From NCBI GenBank assembly GCA_964252035.1, contig OZ176210.1: 64,000 bases of DNA. The stretch is one strand, 5' to 3'. Positions 60,695 to 64,000 of the stretch are shown piece after piece; positions within the stretch are counted from its first letter, which is position 1; each line of letters begins with the position of its first letter. The notes beneath the pieces are model-generated. The model was not told the DNA's origin, did not search any database, and saw only the letters and a list, made by a program, of their open reading frames with translations. The stretch is from Podarcis erhardii (taxonomy: Eukaryota). The position numbers and the translations under genes were made by a program.

Positions 60695-60952
60695 CAGCGG
60701 TACCTCTGGTTAAGTACTTAATTTGTTCTGGAGGTCCGTTCTTAACCTGAAACTGTTCTCAACCTGAAGCACCATTTTAGCTAATGGGGCCTCTTGCTGC
60801 CGCCGCGCCACCGGAGCACGATTTCTGTTCTCATCCTGAAGCAAAGTTCTTAACCCGAGGTAATATTTCTGGGTTAGCGGACTCTGTAACCTGAAGCGTA
60901 TGTAACCTGAAGCGTATGTAACCTGAAGCGTATGTAACCCGAGGTACCACTG
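60695..60952 (-). mobile_element. Tc1/mariner MITE family A with a triplicated subterminal unit
   Basis: Family A TIRs; GTAACCTGAAGCGTAT repeated three times near 60886-60940. Confidence 0.9.
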
Positions 60953-62673
60953 TACAAGACAGCTTCTTACGTTCCTTTGATGCACCACTAATATGCTTCT
61001 GCTTGGGTTCCAAACTCTGGCAGAGTATGGCTGTATTGGAGGCCTCCAGTAGTATAAAACCTGTCACCTGCCCTGCTACTGAGCAACATTTGTCTCATCT
61101 CCACCAGCTCATCAGATGACTCTAAGAATGCTCTTGGTAATTTTGAAAAACAGCAACATATTGCTTATGCATTCCAATGGTTAAAACTTGCTTCCCCTCC
61201 TTGCTGTAATCCCATTTCCTTCCTCTTTCAGTTTTAACAGTGTGTGAAAGTATTCCTTTTTTTAAAAAACAACAACACACACATTAAGATATATGATCAC
61301 AGGGATACAGAAAATGAAGGTTAATTGAGCAATCTTCTCCCCTTGGTTTTAAGCCAACGGATCACTTTTTTGAGCTCCACCTTTGCTTGGTTGATATTTG
61401 TTTAACTTCAGTAGGCAGTTTTTAAAAGAATTATGAGCAAATGACCTATGGCATACATTTCTCTTTGCTCCAGAATGTTGGCAGACTCTCTTTTTATCAC
61501 TGTAACTATGGCAAGTTACAGCTTCAATTTGTTCTGGCCTTTCAGATTGTGAAGTGGCATTTTTCATCCAGCCCGGATTTAGTCACCTTGTAAATCACCG
61601 GCAAGGCTGTTGAATGTGTGCTTTGTTTATAGCATGGAAGATATAATTAAACCGAACACATTTTCTGGATTGTAGCCACAATGTTGTTTTTTTTTATTTA
61701 AAATCAAAGCAGATTTCCATCATGCATCTCTCACAATTTTTATATTACAGGTAGGTAGCCGTGTTGGTCTGCCGTAGTAGAAACAAAATTTTAAAAAATT
61801 CCTTCCAGTAGCACCTAGTTGGGTCTCTAAGGTGCTACTGGAAGGAATTTTTATATTGTAAAAATAGCTCTTAGGTAGGAAATGTACAGTGCTAATAAAC
61901 TGAGTACTTGGCTGTCGCTTATGATAAAGGTATACTTTTATTGTGTCTGGAAATATATGTCCAGGGGATTAAAAATAATAATAATCAAAACGAGTTTTGT
62001 ACCCTGTTCCTGCAAGTAACTCATGGTTCCACACACGCTTGCGCACCATCAGCCAATTTGTGTGATAGCACTGCTGGCTCCAACGACCTAGATTTTGCAT
62101 GGCCTCCAAACTCTTAACAGCCCACCCACCCTAGGCTTGGTGTCTTTCAGTGATCCTTAATGTCGGCCCCTGGTTTTCAGGGCTGGGAGGGATTTGCTCC
62201 AATCACAATTGGCTCTGGGTTGTGAGAATTTCCCTTTCTTTCAGTGAACAGCCTCCCTTCTCCGTGTGCGAAGCCCTGCAGAGCTGCTGCCAGTCTGTGC
62301 ATGCAATACTGTACTGAGTTAGATGATAGACCAAGGGAGATCAATACTTTGTATAAAGGCGGCAGCTTCCTGCAGGAAGGTGGAACCGGGTCGTGGGACT
62401 CGACGCACGGCCCACACCACCCACCGGCCGCTTTCGCCTCTCCCAATCTTCCCCGCTTTATCCCTTTCCTAACTGCGGAACCTTCTCCGCCGGCGCCGGC
62501 GCGCTCTGGGCAAGGGCATTTCCTATTGGTCAAGCGCGGCGGGAGGCGCTCGAGCCCGTTTCGTGCCTCGCGCGGCTATAACGTCGCACAGAGGAGAGAG
62601 CAACCAATGGGCGTTTTCTGGATTGGGCGACGGCTGCGCAGGCGCAGAAAGCGAGTCGACGTCGAAGGCGAGT

Positions 62674-62676
<3 letters not shown>

Positions 62677-62711
<35 letters not shown>
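62677..62711. repeat. (GA)n microsatellite in the NADK2 promoter / 5' leader
   Basis: Seen directly. Confidence 0.97.
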
Positions 62712-62714
<3 letters not shown>

Positions 62715-63010
62715 CCCTCCCGCTCACCAACCCCCCCCCTCCCCTTTACGCCTGCGAGGGTCGGATGCGTCCGTGCGTCAGGCGGCGCGCGCTGAGCAGA
62801 AGGGGGCGGGGCCTTGCGTGCGTGCCTGTGTGTTGCTTTGCCTTACCCCGCCCCCCCCCCGCCACTTTCCCGAGCGCGCGCGCGCCGCGCTGTTGTGGCG
62901 CAAAAACCTGAGGCGAGGGAAGGTCGCCGCTCTGTCCCTTCGCCTGCCTCGCGGCTGTGGTGGTTGTGGCGGCCGCGGCGGCTCCAGCAGGAACCCCGCG
63001 AGCCCGGGCT

Positions 63011-63451
63011 ATGACCTGCCTCCCGAGCTACCTGAGCGGCGGCAGTCCCTCCGCCGCCCTCCGCGCCTTGCTCAAGCCTTCCCGGAGGCACCAGCCGCCT
63101 GCCCCGCCGCCGCCGCCGCCTCACAGCCGCCTCGCCTTAGCGCCCAGCGCAGCCCGCCTGGCCGCGTCGGTGGCTTCAGCCGCCGCCGCCGCCTTCGCCG
63201 CGTCCGGGCTCCCCTCTCAGCCGTTAGCGCTGGCGGGGCGAGGGTCTTCGCCGCCGCCGCCTCCGTCCGCCCCTTCCGCCTCGCCGCGCTGCCTCAGCTC
63301 GGATGCTTCCTCGGAGCTCCCTTCGCGGTCGGGAAGCGGCGGCGGGTTCCGCCCGGCCCGGGTGGTGGTGGTGGCCAAGACGACCCGCTACGAGTTCGAG
63401 CAGCAGCGGTACCGGTACGCGGGGCTCTCCGAGGAGGACCTCAAGCAGCTG
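63011..63451 (+). CDS. NADK2: NADK2 (mitochondrial NAD kinase 2) coding exon 1, 147 codons
   Basis: Starts MTC like human. Ends GGFRPARVVVVAKTTRYEFEQQRYRYAGLSEEDLKQL, near-identical to human NADK2. Donor CTG|GTGAGT in phase 0; downstream of RANBP3L as in mammals. Confidence 0.97.
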
Positions 63452-63510
63452 GTGAGTGGAGGTGCTCGGGGATTTAAATCTCCCCTTTCGGCCTGCAAAT
63501 GACCCGAGAT

Positions 63511-63660
63511 CATAGAATGGCAGAGTTGGAAGGGAACCCTGGGGGTCATCTAGTCCAACCCCCTGCAATGCAGGGAATGTGCAGTTGTCCCTTAAGGGGA
63601 TCGAACCGGCAACCTTGGCGTTATCAGCACCACACACGCACACCAACTGAGCTATTCAGG
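63511..63660 (-). mobile_element. tRNA-derived SINE with a CR1-type tail in NADK2 intron 1
   Basis: CATAGAAT tail (reverse complement) and tRNA-like head about 60 nt after the exon 1 donor. Confidence 0.8.
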
Positions 63661-63680
63661 CTGGATGGGAGACCACCTGG

Positions 63681-63769
63681 CATAGCTTTCAACTTTTCCC
63701 TTTTCTTGCGAGGAATCCTATTCAGAATAAGGGAAGTTCCCTTAAAAAAGGGAAACGTTGGCAGCTATG
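63681..63769 (-). mobile_element. 89-bp hAT-type MITE in NADK2 intron 1
   Basis: Same family in reverse orientation; TSD CCACCTGG / TCACCTGG. Confidence 0.88.
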
Positions 63770-64000
63770 TCACCTGGAAACCGTTACGGCCTTGACTTCC
63801 ACGGGTGGGAGAAATGCAGGCTATGTATGTGCTGAATATTCCCCTTAAAGCGAAAAAGTTGGGAAGAGGTTGTGTCCATACAAGAAAAAGAGGCCATAGA
63901 TACAAACAGATGTAGCATGTGCTTTCATTGAGCAAGCCCACTTAACTGCATCTGCTTGAATATGGGTTTAGTGCACAAAAGTTTATACCACAATAAGTCT

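Larger units (their letters stand above)
62330..63500 (+). promoter_or_regulatory. CpG island / NADK2 promoter with NRF1 site, CCAAT boxes and GC box
   Basis: Abrupt GC- and CpG-rich segment. TGCGCAGGCGCA at 62635-62646; CCAAT/ATTGG near 62192, 62526, 62604 and 62622; GGGGCGGGG near 62802. Confidence 0.85.

Noticed and set aside
3524-60952. Recurrent GTTACAGA/AACCTGAAG repeats as a CRISPR-like array
   Set aside because: They are dispersed mariner MITE copies with TIRs and TA TSDs in a vertebrate genome; there is no repeat-spacer periodicity.
62563-63477. 304-aa ORF and the minus-strand ORFs at 62843-63124 and 63224-63646
   Set aside because: Stop-poor frames of a GC-rich CpG island overlapping NADK2 exon 1; no recognisable domain.

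Overview
Vertebrate (squamate, probably lacertid lizard) genomic DNA, not microbial. Most entries in the six-frame ORF track are spurious or transposon-derived. The window holds almost the whole RANBP3L gene on the + strand. I traced 13 phase-consistent GT-AG coding exons from about 14880 to 45943; the last exon is unresolved, with a best candidate at 49943-49989. The CpG-island promoter and first coding exon of NADK2 (63011-63451, +) follow, the same RANBP3L-to-NADK2 order as in mammals. The rest is a dense, often nested transposon landscape: a full-length but decayed 3.3-kb BED-finger hAT element with TIRs, TSD and a 5'-UTR intron; solo LTRs with 5-bp TSDs from at least four families; Tc1/mariner, pogo-like and hAT MITEs; L1, L2, CR1, BovB and RTE fragments; and Sauria and other tRNA-derived SINEs. 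The most striking observation is that two diverged solo LTRs of one family (9530-9952, 31213-31624) keep a reading frame that starts at base 2 of the LTR, ends at the same stop and shows a strong excess of synonymous changes. An unrelated LTR family (44933-45556) encodes a similarly organised acidic / Ser-Pro / Arg-rich peptide in the same register. This points to a selected, LTR-encoded protein segment. All alignments and counts were done by eye; human comparisons are from memory.
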